Assembly (NCBI GenBank): GCA_003660925.1
Contig: QMVD01000018.1
Location: forward strand, 1 to 11,117
Direction: 5' to 3'
Length of the DNA: 11,117 nt
Source of the DNA: Nanobdellota archaeon
GTDB lineage: Archaea > Nanobdellota > Nanobdellia > B33-G15
Shown: one piece after another, positions 1 to 5,565 of the stretch
Layout of the letters: each line of letters begins with the position of its first letter
How positions within the stretch are numbered: the first letter of the stretch is position 1
Made by a program: the position numbers and the translations under genes
Notes under the pieces: generated by a model
The model's input: only the letters and a program-made list of their open reading frames with translations
Told to the model about the DNA's origin: nothing
Database searches by the model: none

Positions 1-2
1 AT

Positions 3-116
3 GAGAAAGAGGTGGATGCCTTCATAAACCTAGTATGCGATGAGATCAGGCGAAAGAAGTTCAAGGTGCTGAAGGTCCCGAAGAAACAGGGTTCAATAAT
101 TCACTTCTGCAAGTGA
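3..116 (+). CDS. 3' end of an unidentified CDS (partial, runs off the left edge)
   Basis: The frame starting at nt 3 is open to a TGA at 114-116 and reads ...EKEVDAFINLVCDEIRRKKFKVLKVPKKQGSIIHFCK. It abuts the convergent stop of the minus-strand gene (tgatca at 114-119). It is too short for a family call. Confidence 0.3.
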   Translation, partial: EKEVDAFINLVCDEIRRKKFKVLKVPKKQGSIIHFCK

Positions 117-941
117 TCATATGATTAGTTTTAGCTTTTTCACTTCTGACCTTTCTCCGGCCCACTTGTGCTTGGCCGTGCCCCTTACCTTCCTCTCGAG
201 CACCTCTCCATCCTTGAGGACATAGGCGAACTTTTCCGTCTTTTCCTTTCCCTTCTCCTTCACCCTGAGCTCGCTGATGCCGACGATGTACTCCTCTCCG
301 AAGAGCCCTTCCACTCCAGTCATGAAGGCTACCTCTTCTCTTCTCGATGGGAACCACACGCCCCCTGGAAACTTAAGGAAGGTAAACAATTGGGGAGAAA
401 CCTCCATTCGGATGGTCATCTTACTTATCACCAAATCCCCGAGGTCTATCGTTTTGGCATCAGGAACGGAGACGCGTTTCTGATACACCTTCACCCTCAG
501 CACGTTTAGATACGCTTCCTTCTCCGATCTGTAATGATCCACTTCCATCACAGGAGGGTCGAAAGGGGCCTGATCCTCCCTGAAGAAGCGCATGTTGGTC
601 CAACACGAATATTTCTCCGAATGCTTGAACTTTGAGACCTTCTCTGAGAACTTCGTCAAGTAATCGGCTGCCTTCTTCACCTCCTCGACCATCTCCTCCT
701 GAAAGAAGGAGATGTTCAAGCTATTCGGATCTTTCCCCTTAAGGCCGTAGATGATGCCCACCAAGTCGTCCCTCTTCATGGTGTCTTCTACCTCTCGAAG
801 AGCATCTTCCAAGGTGACCTCCCCTTCCTCAGGAACCCCTCCGGGGAACCTGACCGAGATGGAAGGAGTCAACACGTTAACTACATCATAGAGGCTTATC
901 TCCCTCCTCATCTCCTTCCAAAGCTCCTCTCTTGTTACCAT
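117..941 (-). CDS. hypothetical protein, 274 aa, no family recognised
   Basis: This is the long minus-strand ORF from the track. I start it at the ATG at 941 (MVTREELWKEM...) rather than the TTG at 1019, because a TATA-like box lies about 26 nt upstream of 941. The composition looks protein-like. An internal FPGGV motif occurs twice (SVRFPGGVPEEGEV and FLKFPGGVWFPSRREEV). Confidence 0.6.
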   Translation of the reverse strand: MVTREELWKEMRREISLYDVVNVLTPSISVRFPGGVPEEGEVTLEDALREVEDTMKRDDLVGIIYGLKGKDPNSLNISFFQEEMVEEVKKAADYLTKFSEKVSKFKHSEKYSCWTNMRFFREDQAPFDPPVMEVDHYRSEKEAYLNVLRVKVYQKRVSVPDAKTIDLGDLVISKMTIRMEVSPQLFTFLKFPGGVWFPSRREEVAFMTGVEGLFGEEYIVGISELRVKEKGKEKTEKFAYVLKDGEVLERKVRGTAKHKWAGERSEVKKLKLII

Positions 942-962
942 TGTTAAATAGTGGTAGAGCGT

Positions 963-972
963 CTTTAATAAT
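963..972 (-). promoter_or_regulatory. TATA-like box for the 117..941 gene (leaderless layout)
   Basis: The minus strand reads ATTATTAAAG, centred about 26 nt upstream of the ATG at 941. Confidence 0.4.
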
Positions 973-991
973 TTTCGAAAATGTGGAAAAA

Positions 992-999
992 CTTTTAAG
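992..999 (+). promoter_or_regulatory. TATA-like box for tRNA-Phe
   Basis: CTTTTAAG is preceded by the purine-rich GGAAAAA and is centred about 28 nt upstream of the tRNA 5' end at 1024. Confidence 0.45.
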
Positions 1000-1054
1000 G
1001 GGTACCTCACTAAAAACAACGATGGGGAGGTAGCTCAGCCCGGGAGAGCGCACG

Positions 1055-1706
1055 ATGGGGGCGGAAACGATTCGTCAAGAAGAGTGGGAACTAATCGGCG
1101 CAGTGATAGGCGATGGAAACCTCTACAGTCACAAGAAGCACTACAGAGTACACCTAACGGGACACCCTAAAAAAGATAGGAATTACTACGAGTACCTCAA
1201 AGAACTAATAAGAAAGTGTTGGGGTAAAAAAGCAAGGATTAAAGTGAGACAAAGAGCCCTCAGATTAACAGTGTATTCGAAGGAGGTGTATGAGAAATTG
1301 AAGAAGTTGGGGATCCCTGAAGGAAGGGAAAAACACAAAAAAGTCACCATTCCGAAAATGGCGTGGAGGGACGAAGGAGCGCTGAAGAAAGTGATCAGAG
1401 GCATCGCTGATACTGATGGTTCAGTGTTCATCTCAGACAAGAAGAGAGCTAAGGCGTATCCCAGCGTCGAGATAACAACTAGTAGCAAAACACTTGCATG
1501 TGAAATAAGAAGTGCTTTGAACAACTTCGGTTTTAGGGTGGCAAACCTGAGGAGGTATAAATCAAAGAAGAGTAGGTGTAAGAGTTACAAGGTATCTTTG
1601 TACGGGAAGACAAACTTGGAGAAATGGATGAAAGAGATTGGATTTTCGAACCCTTCAAAGCGCGAAAAGGCGCTTTTATGCTTAGTGGGTTCCGCCCCCA
1701 TGCGAA
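1055..1706 (+). mobile_element. BHB-type intron carrying a homing endonuclease gene (putative mobile intron)
   Basis: The splice motif has a 3-nt bulge C1053 G1054|A1055, a 4-bp helix of 1049-1052 (CGCA) with 1701-1704 (TGCG), and a 3-nt bulge A1705 A1706|G1707. An 11-bp GC-rich helix (1056-1066 TGGGGGCGGAA with 1690-1700 TTCCGCCCCCA) closes the intron. The interior looks more A-rich than the flanking host genes. Confidence 0.7.
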
Positions 1707-1711
1707 GCTGA
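1055..1711 (+). CDS. LAGLIDADG homing endonuclease, monomeric two-motif type (I-DmoI-like architecture)
   Basis: The 218-aa ORF has motif 1 LIGAVIGDGNLY near the N-terminus and motif 2 VIRGIADTDGSVF about 100 residues later. Acidic residues are retained in both motifs. Each motif is followed by a basic DNA-binding-like segment. Confidence 0.85.
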   Translation: MGAETIRQEEWELIGAVIGDGNLYSHKKHYRVHLTGHPKKDRNYYEYLKELIRKCWGKKARIKVRQRALRLTVYSKEVYEKLKKLGIPEGREKHKKVTIPKMAWRDEGALKKVIRGIADTDGSVFISDKKRAKAYPSVEITTSSKTLACEIRSALNNFGFRVANLRRYKSKKSRCKSYKVSLYGKTNLEKWMKEIGFSNPSKREKALLCLVGSAPMRS

Positions 1712-1836
1712 AGCCCGTGATGTCGGGGGTTCAAATCCCCCCCTCCCCATGATGAAACTCAGGCAAAGGTGTTAGAAGACCTGGAAAAAGCTTATTGCAT
1801 CCTACCAAAGGGGTAAGATAATTCCTCGACTTTTGT

Positions 1837-1850
1837 AAAAAAGAAAAAAA
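1837..1850 (-). terminator. oligo-T tract downstream of the decayed minus-strand gene
   Basis: The minus strand reads TTTTTTTCTTTTTT immediately after the stop at 1851-1853. This is a typical archaeal oligo-T termination signal. Confidence 0.4.
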
Positions 1851-2231
1851 TCATTTAGGGCCTTCTGCTTTATTTAACACGTCATACTCGAAAAGCCATT
1901 CTGTGGGGTTCCAACTCACTAATTTTCCCCCTTCGCAATCTACATCATTGCTCAGCACTAACCAGATCTTAACTTTTTCTCTTTCCAAAATGATTTCTGG
2001 CAAGTTGCCCTTAATGTGAAGATCCCTTTCATCATTTGCTGTTCCAGATTCTATGCACGTGGCATAAGGCCAAACATCGTTGTGCTATGATCACATCTTC
2101 TCCTCTCAACTTCAAGTCTGCCACTTCGCAGGCGACCCCCAGTAAGCGGCTGGAGTTAGCTTTAAAGCTACTGCTCCCGCGGTCACCAATAGGGTCGCTG
2201 CGAGCAAACCGAAGAGAAATAACTTTTTCAT
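1851..2231 (-). pseudogene. probable decayed gene for a small secreted or membrane-anchored protein
   Basis: The ATG at 2231 is preceded by GGGTGA about 7 nt upstream. It gives MKKLFLFGLLAATLLVTAGAVALKLTPAAYWGSPAKWQT, then four in-frame stops between 2114 and 2085. The same frame then reopens for 77 codons (HNDVWPYATCIESGTANDERDLHIKGNLPEIILEREKVKIWLVLSNDVDCEGGKLVSWNPTEWLFEYDVLNKAEGPK) to the stop at 1851-1853. A second frame is open across the stop-rich patch. Confidence 0.35.
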
Positions 2232-2289
2232 TTAAGTTTCACCCAAAAAGTAATAACATTTCTCACTTAAATGTGTTTTGGAAAGCACT

Positions 2290-2300
2290 AAATTTTTATT
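2290..2300 (+). promoter_or_regulatory. TATA-like box for the MinD-like gene
   Basis: AAATTTTTATT is centred about 27 nt upstream of the ATG at 2323. Confidence 0.4.
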
Positions 2301-2322
2301 GTTCGCGGGATATGTTAAACTC

Positions 2323-3093
2323 ATGACCAGGATTCTCTGCGTGGCTTCTGGGAAGGGAGGTGTCGGGAAGACCACCACCGTAATAAACTTAGGTGCTGCT
2401 CTCTTCCACTTCGGCCAGCGAGTGTTGATCATCGACGGGAACGTGACCACCCCAAACCTGTCACTCCACTTGGGGATAGCTAAGGAGAAGCCTACCTTGC
2501 ACGATGTCTTGGAAGGTTCGGTCAGCATAGAGAACGCCATTCACCTTCATTCCTCCGGATTGATGGTCATCCCAGCCGGGATCTCTTTGACCAATTTGAG
2601 GAAGATCTACAAGAAGACCATAGCTCAAGCCATAACCGGGATCGCCGGTAGGTTCGACTGGGTCCTGATAGACGTCCCAGCAGGATTGGGAAGGGAAGCG
2701 AGGTTGGCCATAGAGGCGGCGAATGAGGTGGTTGTGGTCACCAATCCCGAATTGCCCGCTGCTGTCGACGCCTTGAAGGTCTCCAGGTTGGCTAAAAATT
2801 TGGGGACGTCCCCTTTGGGGGTGATAGTTAATAAATTTGCTGGGGAGAAGGAGGAGATGAGTCCGGAAAACGTGGCGGAGTTCGTGGAGCTCCCCTTATT
2901 GGGGGTGATCCCCTACTCCACCCTCTTCCTTAAAGCTCTTTCTGCCAAGTATCCCTTGGTGTTATTATATCCCAACTCCACCCCCGCTGTCCAGTACAAG
3001 AAGATAGCTGCTGCCCTCCTTGGAGAGAGGTATGAAATCATAGAAAAACCCAGCATCATCCAGCGAATAAGGAGGTTCTTAATAAGGATATGA
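2323..3093 (+). CDS. minD: MinD/ParA-family P-loop ATPase (archaeal MinD-like)
   Basis: The deviant Walker A CVASGKGGVGKTTT includes the signature lysine. The Walker B-like WVLIDVPAG is present. The C-terminus SIIQRIRRFLIRI looks amphipathic, like a membrane-targeting helix. The start is set at MTRILCVASG (ATG 2323), not the track's 2278. Confidence 0.85.
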   Translation: MTRILCVASGKGGVGKTTTVINLGAALFHFGQRVLIIDGNVTTPNLSLHLGIAKEKPTLHDVLEGSVSIENAIHLHSSGLMVIPAGISLTNLRKIYKKTIAQAITGIAGRFDWVLIDVPAGLGREARLAIEAANEVVVVTNPELPAAVDALKVSRLAKNLGTSPLGVIVNKFAGEKEEMSPENVAEFVELPLLGVIPYSTLFLKALSAKYPLVLLYPNSTPAVQYKKIAAALLGERYEIIEKPSIIQRIRRFLIRI

Positions 3094-3710
3094 ACGTCGT
3101 CATTTCCGTCGGCGGGAGCAGGTTGTTCAAGGGAACGGAACTAGACATAAAGTTCCTCGAGGAACTCAAGGAACTCGTAGGGAAGAGGAAAGAAAGGTTC
3201 TATCTCGTGGTTGGGGGAGGGTGGGTGGCGAGGAAGTTCCAAGGGTATGGGAGGAGATTGGGATTGGATGATGTCCAACTGGACCTGATAGGGATCGCTG
3301 CCACCAGGCTGAACGCGGAACTCGTGCGGAACTTCTTAGGGGTCAAGACCCCGGTCCTAACGAATCCCTTGGACGTCAAACATAAAGAGAAAGTATTGGT
3401 GTTCTCAGGCTGGAAGCCTGGCTTCTCCACGGACTACGTGGCAGTGAGGCTAGCTAAGGAGGCGGGGTCTGACAAGGTGATCAACATATCTAAAGTAGGT
3501 TACATTTACAAAAAAGGGAGGAAGGTAAGAGAAATATCTTGGGAAGAGGCGGGAAAAATGGCTGGGGAGTGGAGGCCTGGTCTGAACTTCCCAGTCGATC
3601 CCATGGCCTGTAAATATGGGAAAGGGTTAAAATTCTACTTGGTGAGGGAAACCGAGGATCTGGAGAACGTCTTGGATGGAAAACCCTTTAGAGGCACCCT
3701 GATCCGATGA
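3090..3710 (+). CDS. pyrH: amino-acid-kinase-fold protein, archaeal UMP kinase (PyrH)-like but divergent
   Basis: The protein is collinear with archaeal PyrH as I remember it: VGGSRL, LVVGGGWVARKF, LIGIAATRLNAEL, GWKPGFSTDYVAVRLA, VDPMA. The usual NVDGVY..DP segment reads ISKVGYIYKKGR. The ATGA at 3090-3093 overlaps the minD stop. Confidence 0.6.
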   Translation: MNVVISVGGSRLFKGTELDIKFLEELKELVGKRKERFYLVVGGGWVARKFQGYGRRLGLDDVQLDLIGIAATRLNAELVRNFLGVKTPVLTNPLDVKHKEKVLVFSGWKPGFSTDYVAVRLAKEAGSDKVINISKVGYIYKKGRKVREISWEEAGKMAGEWRPGLNFPVDPMACKYGKGLKFYLVRETEDLENVLDGKPFRGTLIR

Positions 3711-4191
3711 GGTGAGCTAACCTTATGGGTTCCGGGATCCTGTATTTCGTGTATTTCTTGGTGAGCCTTACCGCTTCCTCCAAGGAGATCTTGTGACCTA
3801 CTGACACGTAAATGGGCTTCGAGCTCGTCTTTAAGACCGCGCCTATTCTCTCCTTCCCGTCGTAGACGTAGTTCCCTTTAACTTCCCCGAACAATAAGCT
3901 CTTAGCGACCCCTACGGTGGGCTTGTCTAAAACCTCTCCTATGAAGGTGGCCAGGCCCTTCCTCTCTGGGTGTAACTTCCCGTTCCCGTCCACGAAGAGG
4001 ACATCGAACTCTAACCCTGCTAGGGCTTTTAACATCAATGGCCCCTCCCTGAACCTCAACAATCCAGGGATGTAGGGGAAGTTCACCTCCCCTCCGACCT
4101 TCCTCACCTTGACTAACTTGAAATCTTTCATGACGACGGCACAAGCCACGGGGTTTCCCTTATAACTAATGTCCACTCCTGCCACCAACAT
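3688..4191 (-). CDS. nfi: endonuclease V (short, 167 aa)
   Basis: Motifs seen are VAGVDISY, FPYIPGLLRFREGP, LFVDGNGKLHPERKGLATFIG, PTVGVAKS and YRIPEPIRLAH. The start is set at the ATG at 4191. The longer track ORF runs antisense through another gene and through tRNA-Gly. The 3' end overlaps the convergent pyrH-like gene by 23 nt. Confidence 0.85.
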   Translation of the reverse strand: MLVAGVDISYKGNPVACAVVMKDFKLVKVRKVGGEVNFPYIPGLLRFREGPLMLKALAGLEFDVLFVDGNGKLHPERKGLATFIGEVLDKPTVGVAKSLLFGEVKGNYVYDGKERIGAVLKTSSKPIYVSVGHKISLEEAVRLTKKYTKYRIPEPIRLAHLIGSGCL

Positions 4192-4211
4192 GGTTGAAAA
4201 GACGTTCAGGG

Positions 4212-4244
4212 GTTTATCAAACTTCGGGAAAACTTTAAAATAAG
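4212..4244. promoter_or_regulatory. divergent promoter region between nfi and the 4264 gene
   Basis: CTTTAAAATAAG (4233-4244) is centred about 26 nt upstream of the ATG at 4264. On the minus strand, TTTGATAAAC (about 4212-4221) lies about 24 nt upstream of the nfi ATG at 4191. Confidence 0.4.
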
Positions 4245-4263
4245 AGGATGTTAATAAGGAAGC

Positions 4264-4638
4264 ATGAACGAGGAAAAGAAGAAACCATTGGTTCCTCCAC
4301 CGCCTTCTGTCCCGCCAGTGCGCCCAACCTTGCCGACGCCACCGACCGCTCCAGCTCCGATGCCACCCAAGCCACCCATCCCGGACATAAAACCGCCTAA
4401 GCCGACCGTGAAGCCCGTGAAGCCTCACGTCTTCGTGAAGATAACTTCTTACAGGGAGATCATGGAGAGGATAGAGGAGATCAAGGCGAGCATGCACAAG
4501 TTGGCCCAGTTGTTGTCCGAGATGGCTGTGAGCACTAGGAGGGAGGAGGAGAAGATAGCCACTTTGGGACAGGTCCTGAACAGCATAAACCAGAACCTGC
4601 AAGTGGTGGATGATATCTTCTCGGAGCCAGAGGAGTAG
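4264..4638 (+). CDS. hypothetical protein, Pro-rich N-terminus plus coiled-coil C-terminus (124 aa)
   Basis: MNEEKKKPLVPPPPSVPP...KPPKPTVKPVKP is followed by HVFVKITSYREIMERIEEIKASMHKLAQLLSEM..., which shows heptad-like periodicity. A TATA-like box sits at the leaderless distance. The protein is weakly similar to the 5566 gene product. Confidence 0.6.
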   Translation: MNEEKKKPLVPPPPSVPPVRPTLPTPPTAPAPMPPKPPIPDIKPPKPTVKPVKPHVFVKITSYREIMERIEEIKASMHKLAQLLSEMAVSTRREEEKIATLGQVLNSINQNLQVVDDIFSEPEE

Positions 4639-4650
4639 AATTTTAAAAAC
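4639..4650 (+). promoter_or_regulatory. TATA-like box for tRNA-Gly
   Basis: AATTTTAAAAAC is centred about 27 nt upstream of 4672 and starts directly after the stop codon of the preceding CDS. Confidence 0.45.
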
Positions 4651-4671
4651 ATCCTTCTCTCTTATCTTTGA

Positions 4672-4742
4672 GCGCCGGTAGTCTAGTGGTAGGACACTGC
4701 CCTCCCAAGGCAGCGACCCGGGTTCGAATCCCGGCCGGCGCA
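4672..4742 (+). tRNA. tRNA-Gly(CCC)
   Basis: The acceptor stem is GCGCCGG/CCGGCGC. The anticodon arm is CTGCC-CTCCCAA-GGCAG, with anticodon CCC at 4704-4706. The T arm is CCGGG-TTCGAAT-CCCGG and the discriminator is A4742. There is no intron and no encoded CCA. Confidence 0.9.
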
Positions 4743-4745
4743 TCT

Positions 4746-5195
4746 TCACTTCGGTACTACTAACTCTCCGAACTTCTCGTAGGAACCCTTCTTAAAAGCT
4801 AGGGCGGAAAGAGCACAGAGGTAAGCATCCCTTTCGTGCTTGTTTCTCCCTAAAGACCTGAATTTTTCCCTGAAGGCTCCTGGGAAGGTCTCTATCACCT
4901 CGACACCATGTCTTTCTAGTTCTCCTTTAAGCCTCCTTGCCCTCTCATACAACTTCTTCATGGAAGGGAGGGAAAGTGGAAGGGGTTTGAAGCCCCTTTT
5001 CATGAGCTCTTCCTCCTCCTTCCTCCATGGAGAATTAAAGGTCAAAGGGGCGTCTATGGCCACTACCTCGCAATCTTTCAAGGCCTCAATGATCTCCTCA
5101 TCCTCTTTGAGGGAAAGGGTCTTGATGGAATCGTTCATTATGCAAACTCCTGAGACCCTCTTCTCGCTCGCGGACAGATCCAACCCACCTATCAC
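4746..5195 (-). CDS. predicted RNase H-fold nuclease (DUF429-like), 149 aa
   Basis: The GTG start gives (M)IGGLDLSASEKRVSGVCI. Further motifs are VVAIDAPLTF and NKHERDAYLCALSA near the C-terminus. This pattern recalls the DUF429/COG2410 predicted nucleases. The stop lies 3 nt from the tRNA-Gly 3' end. Confidence 0.55.
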   Translation of the reverse strand: MIGGLDLSASEKRVSGVCIMNDSIKTLSLKEDEEIIEALKDCEVVAIDAPLTFNSPWRKEEEELMKRGFKPLPLSLPSMKKLYERARRLKGELERHGVEVIETFPGAFREKFRSLGRNKHERDAYLCALSALAFKKGSYEKFGELVVPK

Positions 5196-5230
5196 AGGAA
5201 GATATGAATCCCCGAACTTTTAGGTTTTTT

Positions 5231-5245
5231 CAAAAAAAGAAAAGG
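5231..5245 (-). terminator. oligo-T tract after the small minus-strand ORF
   Basis: The minus strand reads CCTTTTCTTTTTTTG, 16-30 nt downstream of the stop at 5261-5263. It is part of a T6-C-A7 palindrome. Confidence 0.3.
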
Positions 5246-5260
5246 AGGTGGGTGGGAACA

Positions 5261-5386
5261 TCACTTGGCCCTCTTGCTCAGGAGCTCTATCCTCTTTTTG
5301 TACCACTCCAAGAGCTCCCTCCTCCTCATCTCCCTCTCGTCGAGCCTCCTCATGAGCTCATCGAAGTTGAGGAACCTTCCCATCAT
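5261..5386 (-). CDS. small basic helical protein, 41 aa (hypothetical)
   Basis: The sequence is MMGRFLNFDELMRRLDEREMRRRELLEWYKKRIELLSKRAK. GGTGGTGAGG lies directly upstream of the ATG. A TATA-like TTTAAATTAAAAAG lies about 34 nt upstream, and an oligo-T tract lies downstream. It is below the track's size cutoff. Confidence 0.35.
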   Translation of the reverse strand: MMGRFLNFDELMRRLDEREMRRRELLEWYKKRIELLSKRAK

Positions 5387-5454
5387 GCCTCACCACCGAG
5401 ATAGAGATGGTCTTTTTAATTTAAATGGAGAAAGATGGCCTTTCCCCTTTTCCG

Positions 5455-5467
5455 ATATTTTTTAAAT
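5455..5467 (+). promoter_or_regulatory. TATA-like box for tRNA-Val
   Basis: ATATTTTTTAAAT is centred about 30 nt upstream of 5492. Confidence 0.45.
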
Positions 5468-5491
5468 CCGAAATTGCTTCAATTTTTAGTC

Positions 5492-5564
5492 GGGCCCGTG
5501 GTCTAGTGGCTATGACACCACCCTCACACGGTGGGGGTCCCCGGTTCGAATCCGGGCGGGCCCA
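5492..5564 (+). tRNA. tRNA-Val(CAC)
   Basis: The acceptor stem is GGGCCCG/CGGGCCC. The anticodon arm is CCACC-CTCACAC-GGTGG, with anticodon CAC at 5525-5527. The T arm is CCCGG-TTCGAAT-CCGGG and the discriminator is A5564. There is no intron. Confidence 0.9.
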
Positions 5565-5565
5565 T

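Larger units (their letters stand above)
1024..1749 (+). tRNA. tRNA-Phe(GAA) interrupted by a 652-nt intron between positions 30 and 31
   Basis: Exons 1024-1054 and 1707-1749 join to a 74-nt cloverleaf. The acceptor stem is GGGGAGG/CCTCCCC and the D arm is GCTC-AGCCCGGGA-GAGC. The anticodon arm is CACGG-CTGAAGC-CCGTG, with anticodon GAA at 1710-1712 and G37. The T arm is GGGGG-TTCAAAT-CCCCC and the discriminator is A1749. The joined sequence closely resembles archaeal tRNA-Phe as I remember it (TAGCTCAGCCCGGGAGAGCGC..GGCTGAAG). Confidence 0.85.

Noticed and set aside
942-1019. TTG 1019 start for the 117..1019 ORF, and likewise ATG 2278 for the MinD ORF
   Set aside because: Both extensions run through the TATA-like boxes and add non-conserved-looking residues. 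Internal ATGs at 941 and 2323 sit at the leaderless distance from those boxes, and 2323 gives the canonical MinD N-terminus.
1749-1810. Possible C/D box sRNA directly after tRNA-Phe (ATGATGA at 1749-1755)
   Set aside because: There is no CTGA D' or D box and no second C' box at the 12-nt guide spacing expected for archaeal C/D sRNAs. The C-box match alone is not sufficient.
1750-2322. Integrated element or att site next to tRNA-Phe in the AT-rich stretch
   Set aside because: I looked for a direct repeat of the tRNA-Phe 3' half, and of the other tRNA 3' ends, and for an integrase ORF. By eye I found none. Only the decayed signal-peptide gene is there. A computational repeat search would be needed to exclude short att repeats.
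4192-4749. N-terminal 186 codons of the 353-aa minus-strand track ORF (3688..4749)
   Set aside because: The first residues (RRPGFEPGS) are the antisense translation of the tRNA-Gly T arm. The W/R-rich middle is the antisense of the Pro-rich gene at 4264..4638. Endonuclease V homology begins at MLVAGVDISY (ATG 4191), which has promoter-like elements upstream.
5204-5404. Plus-strand 66-aa ORFs (5204..5404 and 5265..5465)
   Set aside because: They are antisense shadows of the minus-strand 41-codon ORF and its flanks. No promoter-like element lies upstream of either, and their composition is Pro/Leu/Ser-rich, mirroring E/R/K codons.
5425-5565. Upstream extension of the 5425..6015 ORF
   Set aside because: It reads straight through tRNA-Val (PPSHGGGPRFESGRAH is the tRNA translated) and through the tRNA's TATA box. 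The CDS is started at 5566.
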